The notes under the pieces were generated by a model that made no database searches, was not told the DNA's origin, and worked only from the letters and a program-made list of their open reading frames with translations. A program made the translations under genes and the position numbers. A stretch of 64,000 nucleotides of DNA from an uncultured Pelagibacteraceae bacterium (lineage in GTDB: Bacteria; Pseudomonadota; Alphaproteobacteria; Pelagibacterales; Pelagibacteraceae): contig CACDQB010000001.1 of the NCBI GenBank assembly GCA_902554795.1, positions 9,819 through 73,818 of the forward strand, written 5' to 3'. How positions within the stretch are numbered: the first letter of the stretch is position 1; each line of letters opens with the position of its first letter. Positions 30,594-40,282 of the stretch are shown here, piece after piece.

Positions 30594-32686
30594 ATATTTT
30601 TTCTATTTTCAACCAAACTATCAACAACACTTGGATCTGCTAGAGTAGTCGTGTCTCCTAATTGACCATGCTCATTTGCAGCAATCTTTCTTAAAATTCT
30701 TCTCATTATTTTTCCTGATCTTGTTTTAGGAAGGCCCGGTGTAAAATGAATTAGATCTGGGGTTGCCAAAGGTCCAATTTGTTTTCTCACCCAAAGTTTA
30801 AGATCTCTCTCAAGTTCTCCAGTTTCAGTTTCTCCAGCGTTCAGAGTTACATAACAATATAATCCATTACCTTTAATATCATGAGGGTAACCAACCACAG
30901 CTGCTTCAGCTACTTTTGGATGTGCAACAAATGCACTTTCAATTTCAGCAGTTCCTAGATTATGTCCAGAAACAATAATTACGTCATCTACACGACCAGT
31001 GATCCAGTAATATCCATCTTTATCTCTTCTACATCCATCACCAGTAAAATATTTTCCATTAAATTGAGAAAAGTATGTATCGATAAATCTTTGATGATCA
31101 CCGTAAACAGTTCTCATTTGTCCAGGCCATGATTGAGCTATACATAATCTTCCTTCACCAGCACCTTTTATCTCTTTACCATTTTTATCAACCAATACTG
31201 GCTTAATTCCATAGAAAGGCTTTGTTGCAGAACCAGGTTTTAGAGGAATAGCCCCTGTTTGTGGAGCAATCATTATACCTCCAGTTTCCGTTTGCCACCA
31301 TGTATCTACAATTGGGCATTTAGAATTACCCACAGTTTTATAATACCACATCCAAGCTTCCGGATTTATTGGTTCACCTACAGTTCCTAAAAGCTTAAGT
31401 GATTTTCTAGATGTTTTTTTAACAGGTTTATCACCTTCACGCATCAAAGCTCTTATTGCAGTTGGGGCTGTATAAAAAGTATTCACTTTATATTTATCAA
31501 CTATTTGCCACCATCTAGAACTATCAGGATAATTTGGAATTCCTTCAAACATGATAGTTGTAGCACCATTCGAAAGTGGTCCATAAATAATGTAACTATG
31601 TCCAGTTACCCAGCCAATATCAGCAGTACACCAATAAATATCTTTTGGTTTGTAGTTGAAAATATATTGATGAGTCATTGATGCATAAACCATATAACCA
31701 CCAGTAGTATGAAGAACTCCTTTAGGTTTCCCTGTTGAACCCGAAGTATATAAAATAAACAAAGGATCCTCTGCGTTCATTTCCTCAGGTTCACAATGAT
31801 TAGGAACATCTTTAATTAAATCATGATACCAAACATCTCTATTTTGATCCCAGTTGATATAATTACCTGTTCGTTTAACAACAATACATTTTTTAACATT
31901 TGGACAACTCATCAGGGCTTCATCAACTGTATATTTCAGTGGTATAGTTTTTCCTCCCCGCACTCCTTCATCAGCAGTGATTATATATTCAGACTCGCAA
32001 TCATTCACTCTTCCAGAAATAGAGTCTGCTGAAAAACCTCCAAAAATAATCGAATGAACTGCACCAATTCTCACACAGGCCAGCATTAAAATTGCTAACT
32101 CTGGTATCATAGTTAAATAAATTGTTACACGGTCACCTTTTTTAATTCCTAATTTTTTTAAACCATTTGCTGCTTTAGAAACTTTTTGATGAAGTTGTTT
32201 GTAAGAAATTTTTTGACTATCTCTTGGATCATCTCCAACCCAAATAATAGCAGTTTTATCTTTTTTATCCTTTAAATGTCTATCAATGCAATTTGCTGAA
32301 GCATTTAAAGTACCATCTTCAAACCATTTAATTTTTACTTCTTTTGTACTGTATTTTACGTCTTTAATTTTTTTATAAGGTTTTATCCAAGTAATTCTTT
32401 TTCCTTCTTTTCTCCAAAATTCATCATTACTCTTTATAGATTGAGAATATTTTTGCTGGTATTTACTTTTGTTTGCTAAGCTACTTTTAACCCATTCTGG
32501 TTTTGTTTTGATAACAACTTCAGGAGGTGTATTTCCATTTTCCTTTTTTGCTTTAATTCTTTTTTTTGCTTTTTTAGAAGATCTTTTTTTAACTTTAGAT
32601 CTTTTCTTTACCTTTTTTGAGGTTTTTTTTCTAACCTTAGACTTTTTTTTTCTTACCTTGCTTTTCTTCTTCTTTTTTTTTGGCAT
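30590..32686 (-). CDS. acs: Acetyl-CoA synthetase (AMP-forming) with a Lys/Arg-rich N-terminal extension
   Basis: [54 protein letters not shown] (acetylated Lys). Confidence 0.97.
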   Translation of the reverse strand: MPKKKKKKSKVRKKKSKVRKKTSKKVKKRSKVKKRSSKKAKKRIKAKKENGNTPPEVVIKTKPEWVKSSLANKSKYQQKYSQSIKSNDEFWRKEGKRITWIKPYKKIKDVKYSTKEVKIKWFEDGTLNASANCIDRHLKDKKDKTAIIWVGDDPRDSQKISYKQLHQKVSKAANGLKKLGIKKGDRVTIYLTMIPELAILMLACVRIGAVHSIIFGGFSADSISGRVNDCESEYIITADEGVRGGKTIPLKYTVDEALMSCPNVKKCIVVKRTGNYINWDQNRDVWYHDLIKDVPNHCEPEEMNAEDPLFILYTSGSTGKPKGVLHTTGGYMVYASMTHQYIFNYKPKDIYWCTADIGWVTGHSYIIYGPLSNGATTIMFEGIPNYPDSSRWWQIVDKYKVNTFYTAPTAIRALMREGDKPVKKTSRKSLKLLGTVGEPINPEAWMWYYKTVGNSKCPIVDTWWQTETGGIMIAPQTGAIPLKPGSATKPFYGIKPVLVDKNGKEIKGAGEGRLCIAQSWPGQMRTVYGDHQRFIDTYFSQFNGKYFTGDGCRRDKDGYYWITGRVDDVIIVSGHNLGTAEIESAFVAHPKVAEAAVVGYPHDIKGNGLYCYVTLNAGETETGELERDLKLWVRKQIGPLATPDLIHFTPGLPKTRSGKIMRRILRKIAANEHGQLGDTTTLADPSVVDSLVENRKNI

Positions 32687-32701
32687 AGGATAATTTTTTT
32701 T

Positions 32702-33115
32702 TTAAATCTTACTCATGTTATTTATAATTTTCCAGCTTTTATAATCAACAGGCATTACAGAAAGCCTACTTTGCTTTATCAGAGCTAAATGGCTTAAATC
32801 CTTATTTTTTTTAATACTTTCGAGAGTTATAGGCTTTGAAAATTTAGACTTAAATTGAACAGTAACGGCAACAAATCTTCCTGTTTTGTCTGTTTTATCT
32901 ATATACGATTCTTTAATAACTTTTACTATTCCAACTATCTCTTTTCCTATGTTTGAATGATAAAAAAAACATAGATCTCCTTTACTCATACTTTTTAAAT
33001 TTTTTGCAGCTTGATAATTTCTGACACCATCCCAAGGTGCACCTTTAATTCCAGCTTTTTTTTGTTGGTCAATTGACCAAACATCTGGTTCAGATTTCAT
33101 CAACCAATATTTCAT
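32702..33115 (-). CDS. EVE domain protein
   Basis: YWLMKSEP, WDGVRNYQA, FFYHS, SRLSVMPV. Confidence 0.95.
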   Translation of the reverse strand: MKYWLMKSEPDVWSIDQQKKAGIKGAPWDGVRNYQAAKNLKSMSKGDLCFFYHSNIGKEIVGIVKVIKESYIDKTDKTGRFVAVTVQFKSKFSKPITLESIKKNKDLSHLALIKQSRLSVMPVDYKSWKIINNMSKI

Positions 33116-34188
33116 TACAATTGAACTCCGGCACCTTTGAGAAAAGCTGCATCTTCATCTAAAGGCCACCTAGGTTTTGCTGGATAATCTAAATCATCAA
33201 ATTGATTTATTTTAAATTTTTCCAAACCTACCATTGCAATCATTGCTGCATTATCTCCACAAAACTCTATAGGTGGAAAAATACTTTTATAATTATTTTC
33301 TTCACATAGATTAATTAACATAGACCTAATTTTTTTATTTGCTGCAACTCCTCCAGCAACAACGAAAATTTTTTCATTTAATTTATTTATTTTTTCAAAT
33401 TCAGTAAAAGCAATCTTTGTTTTTTTATATAAAATTTCCTCAATTGTTTTTTGAAAAGATGCTGCAAGATCATATTTATCTTGTTCTGATTTAATTGTTT
33501 TGCTTATCTTCAACACGGCAGTTTTTAGACCTGCAAAAGAAAGATTGCATCCTCCTTTGCTGAAAATTGGTTTTGGTAAATCATATTTTTCTGGATCACC
33601 TTTTTTAGCTAAAATTTCTATTTGAGGTCCTCCTGGAAATTCTATTCCTAAAAGCTTTGCCGTTTTGTCAAACGCCTCACCTAATGCATCATCAATAGTT
33701 GTTCCTAATCTTTTATATTTACCAAGGTTTTGAACACTTAAATATTGTGAGTGCCCGCCTGAAATTAAAAGAAGTAAATAAGGATAATTTAAATTTGTAT
33801 TTAGTTTTGGACTTAAAGCATGTCCCTCTAAATGATTGATAGCAATAAAAGGTTTATTCATTGCTGTTGCGAAAGCTTTACCAAAACTTAACCCAACTGA
33901 TAAACAAACAATTAATCCAGGACCAGCGGTAGAAGCAACCGCATCTATTTCCTCAATTTTTCTTCCACTTGCATCAATAGCTTTTTTGACAATCCAATCA
34001 ATTTTTTCAATGTGTGAACGTGCTGCTAGTTCAGGAACTACACCACCAAACTCCCTATGAACCTCCACTTGGCTAGAAACTATGTTGGATAAAACTACTG
34101 GGAAACCTTCTTCATTTTCAGTTATTAAAGATGCTGCTGTTTCATCACAACTAGACTCTATTCCGAGAATTAAGGGTTTTTTGCTCAT
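33115..34188 (-). CDS. tsaD: tRNA t6A threonylcarbamoyltransferase TsaD
   Basis: LGIESSCDET, GGVVPELAARSH, NHLEGH, SGGH, GEAFDK, DNAAMIA. Confidence 0.97.
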   Translation of the reverse strand: MSKKPLILGIESSCDETAASLITENEEGFPVVLSNIVSSQVEVHREFGGVVPELAARSHIEKIDWIVKKAIDASGRKIEEIDAVASTAGPGLIVCLSVGLSFGKAFATAMNKPFIAINHLEGHALSPKLNTNLNYPYLLLLISGGHSQYLSVQNLGKYKRLGTTIDDALGEAFDKTAKLLGIEFPGGPQIEILAKKGDPEKYDLPKPIFSKGGCNLSFAGLKTAVLKISKTIKSEQDKYDLAASFQKTIEEILYKKTKIAFTEFEKINKLNEKIFVVAGGVAANKKIRSMLINLCEENNYKSIFPPIEFCGDNAAMIAMVGLEKFKINQFDDLDYPAKPRWPLDEDAAFLKGAGVQL

Positions 34189-34242
34189 TCAAATAGTTTT
34201 TAATAATTGTACAATCTTTATACAAGTAAGAAATAAATTTTT

Positions 34243-35160
34243 ATGAGCAAAAAAATAATAATTGGATCTAGGGGTAGCAAGCTTGCCTTACTTTATGCTC
34301 AACAAGCTAAAGATAAGATTATTGAAAACACCAACCTTGGTAATGATGATATTTTAATTAAATCAATTACAACTAAAGGCGACGAAGTACAGGATATAAG
34401 ATTATCTGAGGTTGGTGGAAAAGGTTTGTTTTCCAGTAATATTGAAAAAGAACTTCATTTAAAAAATATTGATATCGCAGTTCATGCGCTGAAAGATATG
34501 CCTGCTAATGAGACAGAAGGATTAAGAACAGATTCCTTTCTTGAAAGAAATGACCCTAGGGAAATTTTAATTACAAAGGATAAAAAGAAACTTAAAGACT
34601 TAGATGAAAAGTCAATTGTTGGAACCTCATCATATAGAAGAGAATTTCAAATAAAAAAAATTAGACAAGATTTAAACTGCAAATTAATTAGAGGAAATGT
34701 AGATACTAGAATTAGAAAATTAAATGAAGGACTGTATGATGCAATTATATTATCTTATGCAGGTATCAAATTTTTAAAATTTGAAAATGAAATCTCTGAA
34801 ATTTTTTCTGCTGAAGAAATAATTCCTAGCGCAGGACAGGGCGTAATTGCTCTTCAGTGCAGGGAGAATGATGACGATACAATTTCTATTTTAAACAAAA
34901 TTAATCATGAGGAAACACATAAAAGAGCTCACCTTGAGAGAAATATTTTAAAAATTTTAGATGGAGATTGTGAAACAGCAATTGGAGCTCATTCAGTGGT
35001 TGATGGGGATAAGATTATAGTGGAGGCTGAACTTTTTTCTTTAGATGGCAAACAAAGATTTTATGCAAAAAAAGTTGGTAATTTGAATCAATTTAAAGAA
35101 CTTGGTAAAGAAGTTGGAATACTTTTAAAAACAAAATCAAATAATTCATATAAAAGATAA
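34243..35160 (+). CDS. hemC: Hydroxymethylbilane synthase
   Basis: GSRGSKLA, GGKGLF, AVHALKD, GTSSYRR, RGNVDTR, GDC cofactor Cys. Confidence 0.96.
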   Translation: MSKKIIIGSRGSKLALLYAQQAKDKIIENTNLGNDDILIKSITTKGDEVQDIRLSEVGGKGLFSSNIEKELHLKNIDIAVHALKDMPANETEGLRTDSFLERNDPREILITKDKKKLKDLDEKSIVGTSSYRREFQIKKIRQDLNCKLIRGNVDTRIRKLNEGLYDAIILSYAGIKFLKFENEISEIFSAEEIIPSAGQGVIALQCRENDDDTISILNKINHEETHKRAHLERNILKILDGDCETAIGAHSVVDGDKIIVEAELFSLDGKQRFYAKKVGNLNQFKELGKEVGILLKTKSNNSYKR

Positions 35161-35161
35161 T

Positions 35162-35860
35162 ATGCATATTTTGTTAACTAGACCGCTGGAGGATTGCTCT
35201 GAAATGATATTAAAATTTCAATCATTAGGACATCAAGTTTCTCATCTTCCATTAATAAGAATTGAAAAGGTTAATTATGAAGAAATTAACTTTTCTGAAT
35301 ATGGTGGAATTGTTTTTACTAGTGCAAATGCAGTAAAATTTTTAAACACAGTAAAATTAGATAAAAATATTAAATGCTTTTGTGTTGGAAACGCTACAGA
35401 AAACAAAGCAAGAAGTGTTGGTTTTCAAAATACAATTGCGGCTGAAGGAAATGTTACAAACTTAAAAGAGTTAATTATACAAAGTTATGAGTCCAAAAAG
35501 AAAGAATTACTTTACGTTAGTGGTGAAACAATATCGGTTGATTTGGATCAACAGTTATTAAGCGAAGGTTTTAAGGTAAAAAGAATTATTAATTACAGAG
35601 TAGATCATAATCAAAAATTTGATGAGAAATTTGTTAATGAATTAAAATTAAATATGCCTGATATGGTCTATGTTTACTCTCAAAATAGTGCGTCAAGTCT
35701 CTTAAATTTCATAAAGATTTACCAAACCGAAAATTTATGGATGAATACAAATTTAATGTGTATAGGCGAAAAAACCTCGTCAATACTGAACGAAATCAAA
35801 TGGAAAAAGATTTTTCTTTTTAACCCTGGAGAAGAAGAGTTTTTGTTATATAAAATTTAA
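35162..35860 (+). CDS. hemD: Uroporphyrinogen-III synthase
   Basis: ILLTRP, FTSANAV, VGNAT; follows hemC. Confidence 0.9.
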   Translation: MHILLTRPLEDCSEMILKFQSLGHQVSHLPLIRIEKVNYEEINFSEYGGIVFTSANAVKFLNTVKLDKNIKCFCVGNATENKARSVGFQNTIAAEGNVTNLKELIIQSYESKKKELLYVSGETISVDLDQQLLSEGFKVKRIINYRVDHNQKFDEKFVNELKLNMPDMVYVYSQNSASSLLNFIKIYQTENLWMNTNLMCIGEKTSSILNEIKWKKIFLFNPGEEEFLLYKI

Positions 35861-35862
35861 AA

Positions 35863-36948
35863 ATGGAATTAATTAATAATTTTTCGGAGATATTTTTATC
35901 AGTATGGAATAAAGGAATTCTTGGTGTTGATATTTTTCAAATCTTAATTGGTATTGGAATATTTTTACTATTCTTAATTTTTAGAGGTCTAATAAGCAAA
36001 TTAGTTATTAAAAAATTAGAAGTTATCTCGAAAAGAACAACGAATAAATTAGATGATACTTTTGTTCAATCACTTGTAGGTCCAGCAAGATTTTTACCAA
36101 TTGTATTAGGATTTTTTATTGCAAGCTACTACATGACTTTCTCACTAGAAGGAAGAGAAGTGGTAGATACAATTAATAGAACGTTGATCACTATTTTAAT
36201 TTTTTGGGTAATTCACCAAATCATAGAACCAATCTCATACATACTTAGTGGTTTAGACAAATTGTTAACAAGAGAACTTATTGGCTGGATAATTAAATCA
36301 CTAAAAATTTTAATTTTTATTTTAGGTTTAGCTGCAGTTTTAGAATTGTGGGGAATTAAAATAGGTCCAATCATTGCAGGTCTAGGATTGTTTGGTGTTG
36401 CTGTAGCATTAGGGGCACAAGATTTATTCAAAAATTTAATATCAGGAATTTTAGTTTTAGTTGAAAAGAGATTTAAAATTGGAGACTGGATAGCTGTCGA
36501 GGGTATTATTGAAGGTGTAGTAGAAAAGATTGGATTTAGATCAACAACAATTAGAAAGTTTGACAAATCTCTTGCTATTATTCCAAATTTTCAATTTGCC
36601 GAAAACGCAGTTGTAAATGTAAGTGAAACTTCAAATTGGTTAATCAGTTGGATTATTACACTTCAATACGACACTACGGTAGATCAGTTAAAAAAAATTA
36701 GAGATGAAATCGAAAGTCATATTAATTCAAGCGAAGATTATAATACCTCAATTGGTGTTGCGGTAAGAGTTGATAAATTTTCTGATAGTTCAATAGATAT
36801 GTATGTAAGATGCTTTACAAAAACAGGAAGTTGGAATAATTGGCTTGATGTAAAAGAAAGATTAGCAATTGCGATAAAGGAAATTGTAGAAAAAAATGGT
36901 GCTTCATTTGCTTTCCCAAGTCAGTCGATTTACGTTGAGAAAAAATGA
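35863..36948 (+). CDS. Small-conductance mechanosensitive channel (MscS family)
   Basis: GLGLFGVAVALGAQD, FKIGDWI, EGVVEKIGFRST, IPN, FAFPSQ. Confidence 0.93.
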   Translation: MELINNFSEIFLSVWNKGILGVDIFQILIGIGIFLLFLIFRGLISKLVIKKLEVISKRTTNKLDDTFVQSLVGPARFLPIVLGFFIASYYMTFSLEGREVVDTINRTLITILIFWVIHQIIEPISYILSGLDKLLTRELIGWIIKSLKILIFILGLAAVLELWGIKIGPIIAGLGLFGVAVALGAQDLFKNLISGILVLVEKRFKIGDWIAVEGIIEGVVEKIGFRSTTIRKFDKSLAIIPNFQFAENAVVNVSETSNWLISWIITLQYDTTVDQLKKIRDEIESHINSSEDYNTSIGVAVRVDKFSDSSIDMYVRCFTKTGSWNNWLDVKERLAIAIKEIVEKNGASFAFPSQSIYVEKK

Positions 36949-37235
36949 TAGCTATTTTTTATTTAGTTTTACAAATTTTAAAATTGTATTCTTACGTTGT
37001 AATAGCCAATGTTATTGTAAGTTGGTTAATAGCTTTTAACGTTCTTAATACTCAAAATAGGTTTGTGTATGCAATTTTAGAGTTGAGTTACAAATTAACC
37101 GAGCCTTTCCTGAATAAAATTAGACGTTTTTTGCCAAATTTAGGTTCACTAGATATTTCTCCAATCATTCTTCTTTTATTGATTTGGTTTATCGAAATGT
37201 GTATGAAGCTGTACATTGCACCAATGATTTTTTAA
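36945..37235 (+). CDS. yggT: YggT family membrane protein
   Basis: VSWLIAFNVLN...LTEPFL..IRRFLP...DISPI; precedes folD. Confidence 0.9.
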   Translation: MIAIFYLVLQILKLYSYVVIANVIVSWLIAFNVLNTQNRFVYAILELSYKLTEPFLNKIRRFLPNLGSLDISPIILLLLIWFIEMCMKLYIAPMIF

Positions 37236-37244
37236 GAGATAAAT

Positions 37245-38090
37245 ATGATTTTAATTGATGGAAAAAAAGCAGCCGCAGAATTAAGAGCAGAGTTAAAGGA
37301 AGAAGTTGTAGAGTTAAAATCAAAACATAATAAAGTTCCAGGTTTAACAGTTATACTGATTGGTGATTTAACACCAAGTCAGATTTATGTAAGAAATAAA
37401 GAAAAGTCAGCAAATGAGGTAGGATTAAAATCTGAAGTTATTAAATATCCAGACTCAGTTGAAGAAAAAACTGTTTTAGAAAAAATACAAGAATTAAATA
37501 GTGATGAAACTGTTTCAGGAATTTTAGTTCAACTTCCTTTACCTAAGCACATTGATAAGCAGAAGGTTATAGAAGCTATTGATCCCTCAAAAGACGTAGA
37601 TGGATTTCATCCAATGAATGTAGGCAATCTTTCATCTGGTTATGAAAGTTCGGTACCTTGTACTCCGCTTGGATGTTATTTGTTGATAAAAAAAATTGAA
37701 CCTAATTTAAGTGGTAAAAAAGCTGTGGTTGTGGGTAGATCAAATTTAAATGGTAAACCAATGACACAACTTCTTTTAAAGGAAAATTGTACTGTAACTA
37801 TAACTCATTCAAAAACTAAAGATTTAAAAGCTGAATGTTTAGAGGCAGATATAATTGTTGCAGCAGTAGGTATACCCGAACTTGTTAGAGGAGATTGGGT
37901 TAAGAAAGATGCTATTGTTATTGATGTTGGTATAAATAAAACTGATAACGGTATAGTTGGTGATGTTCATTTTGATGAAGTTTCAAAAAATGCAAAAGCA
38001 CTTACTCCAGTTCCTGGCGGTGTAGGTCCAATGACCATTGCTTGTTTGCTTAAAAATACGATCGACTGTTTCAAAAGATCGCAAATTTAA
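37245..38090 (+). CDS. folD: Methylenetetrahydrofolate dehydrogenase/cyclohydrolase
   Basis: YVRNK, GILVQLPLP, KDVDGFHP, PCTP, GRSN, IDVGIN, PVPGGVGPMT. Confidence 0.98.
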   Translation: MILIDGKKAAAELRAELKEEVVELKSKHNKVPGLTVILIGDLTPSQIYVRNKEKSANEVGLKSEVIKYPDSVEEKTVLEKIQELNSDETVSGILVQLPLPKHIDKQKVIEAIDPSKDVDGFHPMNVGNLSSGYESSVPCTPLGCYLLIKKIEPNLSGKKAVVVGRSNLNGKPMTQLLLKENCTVTITHSKTKDLKAECLEADIIVAAVGIPELVRGDWVKKDAIVIDVGINKTDNGIVGDVHFDEVSKNAKALTPVPGGVGPMTIACLLKNTIDCFKRSQI

Positions 38091-38128
38091 TAATTAAACC
38101 ATAAGCTGTAATCTGTTAATTTATTAGG

Positions 38129-38332
38129 ATGAAAAAACCTAAGCGACCGTACAGATTTGGTATAATTTTTTTGCTTCTTACTGTTCCGCCTATTGGGGCA
38201 ACCCAGCTAGGTTGGTATTTGCATGACAAGCAAACTGGTTTTGATTATGGTATGATTGTAGGTACAGTATCAGTAATATACGCTGCATATTTAATGTATG
38301 AAAAAAACTGGCGTGAAGAAGATGAAGATTAA
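38129..38332 (+). CDS. Hypothetical two-TM small membrane protein
   Basis: 67 aa; basic N-terminus, two hydrophobic segments, acidic tail; fills the gap. Confidence 0.6.
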   Translation: MKKPKRPYRFGIIFLLLTVPPIGATQLGWYLHDKQTGFDYGMIVGTVSVIYAAYLMYEKNWREEDED

Positions 38333-38335
38333 ATT

Positions 38336-38611
38336 ATGGAAAAAATAATTTTTTTTGGATTGGTCATTCCTATTATGGCTTATGTTTTATACTTAGGTGG
38401 AATGGCAATTATGAATGGATTTAAATCTAAAGAAGCTAATAGAGCTGAGAAAGAGGAAGCTGAAAATGAAAATGGGGATACAAGCGAGACTTCTGCCAAA
38501 CAAAGTAGCAATTTAAGTGATGAACTCACTAAATTGAATGATTTAAAAGAAAAAGGAATTATTTCTCAAGAGGAATTTGAAAAGGCCAAAAACAAACTAT
38601 TAAATAATTAA
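38336..38611 (+). CDS. Membrane-anchored SHOCT-domain protein
   Basis: N-terminal TM; C-terminal DELTKLNDLKEKGIISQEEFEKAKNKLL is a SHOCT pattern. Confidence 0.85.
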   Translation: MEKIIFFGLVIPIMAYVLYLGGMAIMNGFKSKEANRAEKEEAENENGDTSETSAKQSSNLSDELTKLNDLKEKGIISQEEFEKAKNKLLNN

Positions 38612-38622
38612 ATAGTTTAATC

Positions 38623-39510
38623 ATGTTCAAGAGTTTTAAAAAAAAATTTGTTAAAGTTAACAAGGGAAAAATATTTTGTCGATTTAAAGGAAACGGTCCT
38701 CCATTATTGCTACTTCACGGATATCCACAATCACATTTAATGTGGCATAAGACTGCCCCAGAGCTTAGTAAATATTTTACAGTAATTGTTGCTGATCTTA
38801 GAGGATACGGAGAGAGCTTTGTTTTACCTGGTGGAATTAATCATAAAAATTATTCAAAAAGAGAAATGGCTAAAGATATGGTTCAGTTGATGAATAAATT
38901 AAATTTTAAAAAATTTTTTGTTGCTGGACATGATAGGGGCGGAAGAGTTGCACACAGAATGGCAAGAGATTATAGAAATAAAATTATGGCTTTAAGTGTA
39001 TTAGATATTTGTCCAACTTTAGATATGTACGAGCATACAGATATGAAATTTGCAAAAGGATATTTTCATTGGTTTTATTTAATACAGCCCGCACCTTTAC
39101 CAGAGAAAATGATAATGGCAGACCCTAAAAGATGGTTACATAGTCGGTTTAATAGGTCATCTAAACGTGCGATTGGAAGAGTTGAAGATGAATATTTTAG
39201 AGCCTTTAAACAAAGTAAAAGAATTCATGCAACATGTGAAGATTATAGAGCTGCGGCCACTATAGACTTAGAGCACGATAAAAAAGATAGAAATAAAAAA
39301 TTAAATATTCCTATCCAAGTTTTGTGGGGAAAAAAAGGAGTAGTAGGAAAGCAATTTAATTCGATTAAAATTTGGCAAAAATATACAATTAAAAAAATTT
39401 ATGGTGCAGAAATTAATTCTGATCATTTTATTCCAGAGGAAAGTCCTAAACAAACTATAAATCACCTAAAAAAATTTTTTTTAAAAAATGTTAAAGATAA
39501 TTCCAAATAA
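38623..39510 (+). CDS. Fluoroacetate/haloacetate dehalogenase-family alpha/beta hydrolase
   Basis: LLLHGYPQ, DLRGYG, YSKREMA, GHDRGGR, LDICPT, YFHWFYLIQPAPLPE, CEDYRA, HFIPEE. Confidence 0.85.
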   Translation: MFKSFKKKFVKVNKGKIFCRFKGNGPPLLLLHGYPQSHLMWHKTAPELSKYFTVIVADLRGYGESFVLPGGINHKNYSKREMAKDMVQLMNKLNFKKFFVAGHDRGGRVAHRMARDYRNKIMALSVLDICPTLDMYEHTDMKFAKGYFHWFYLIQPAPLPEKMIMADPKRWLHSRFNRSSKRAIGRVEDEYFRAFKQSKRIHATCEDYRAAATIDLEHDKKDRNKKLNIPIQVLWGKKGVVGKQFNSIKIWQKYTIKKIYGAEINSDHFIPEESPKQTINHLKKFFLKNVKDNSK

Positions 39511-40279
39511 AAAAAATATTGGAGCTGAAATAATTGTAAATTTAATAGATATTACGAATAAAGATATTTTAAAAATTAAGAAAGCACTGAATAAATATGG
39601 AATGTTATATTTTAAGGAACAAAAATTAACTTCTAAACTTTACATTAAGTTTGCAAAATATTTCGGAAATTTAGCCAATTATCCAAGACTAAAAGGTTTA
39701 AATAAAAAATTTCCTCAAATTACAGTAGTGCAAAGAAAATCAACTGATAAAGGACCAAGTTTTGGTGAACAGTTTCATACCGATTCAATTTATACAAAAA
39801 AGCCTCCAAGATTCACAATGTTACTTTCTAAACTTGTGCCAAAAAAAGGAAAAGCTAATACAGAATTTTGTTCTCAATATCTTGCTTATAAAGAATTACC
39901 AAATTCAATAAAAAGAAAATTTAAAAATATTAAAGCAAAATATTCCTCTGAGGGTCCAATTTCGGTTACAACAAAAGAAAGAGTAAAAGAGAAAGGAAAA
40001 AAAATTAAAGAACTTAAATCTTCACATAAAATAATTAGAAAAATCAGCACAAATTATTCGATTTATTGCAGCCCAGGACATTTTGTTGGTTTTAGTTCAA
40101 AAATAAAAAATCAAGAAAAATTAAAAAAATTTCTTTTTAACCATCAAATTAAGAAGAAGTTTCAATTTTCTTTGCCTTGGGAAAAAAATCAATTGGCTAT
40201 ATGGGATAACAGATCTATGCTTCATCAAGCAACACCTTTCAAAGGAAATAGAATAATGCATAGAATAACAATTAAATAA
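39488..40279 (+). CDS. TauD/TfdA-family Fe(II)/2-oxoglutarate dioxygenase
   Basis: IGAEI, FHTD (HxD), TEF, WDNRSMLH...RIMHRIT (distal His and 2OG-binding Arg). Confidence 0.88.
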   Translation: MLKIIPNKKNIGAEIIVNLIDITNKDILKIKKALNKYGMLYFKEQKLTSKLYIKFAKYFGNLANYPRLKGLNKKFPQITVVQRKSTDKGPSFGEQFHTDSIYTKKPPRFTMLLSKLVPKKGKANTEFCSQYLAYKELPNSIKRKFKNIKAKYSSEGPISVTTKERVKEKGKKIKELKSSHKIIRKISTNYSIYCSPGHFVGFSSKIKNQEKLKKFLFNHQIKKKFQFSLPWEKNQLAIWDNRSMLHQATPFKGNRIMHRITIK

Positions 40280-40282
40280 TTT

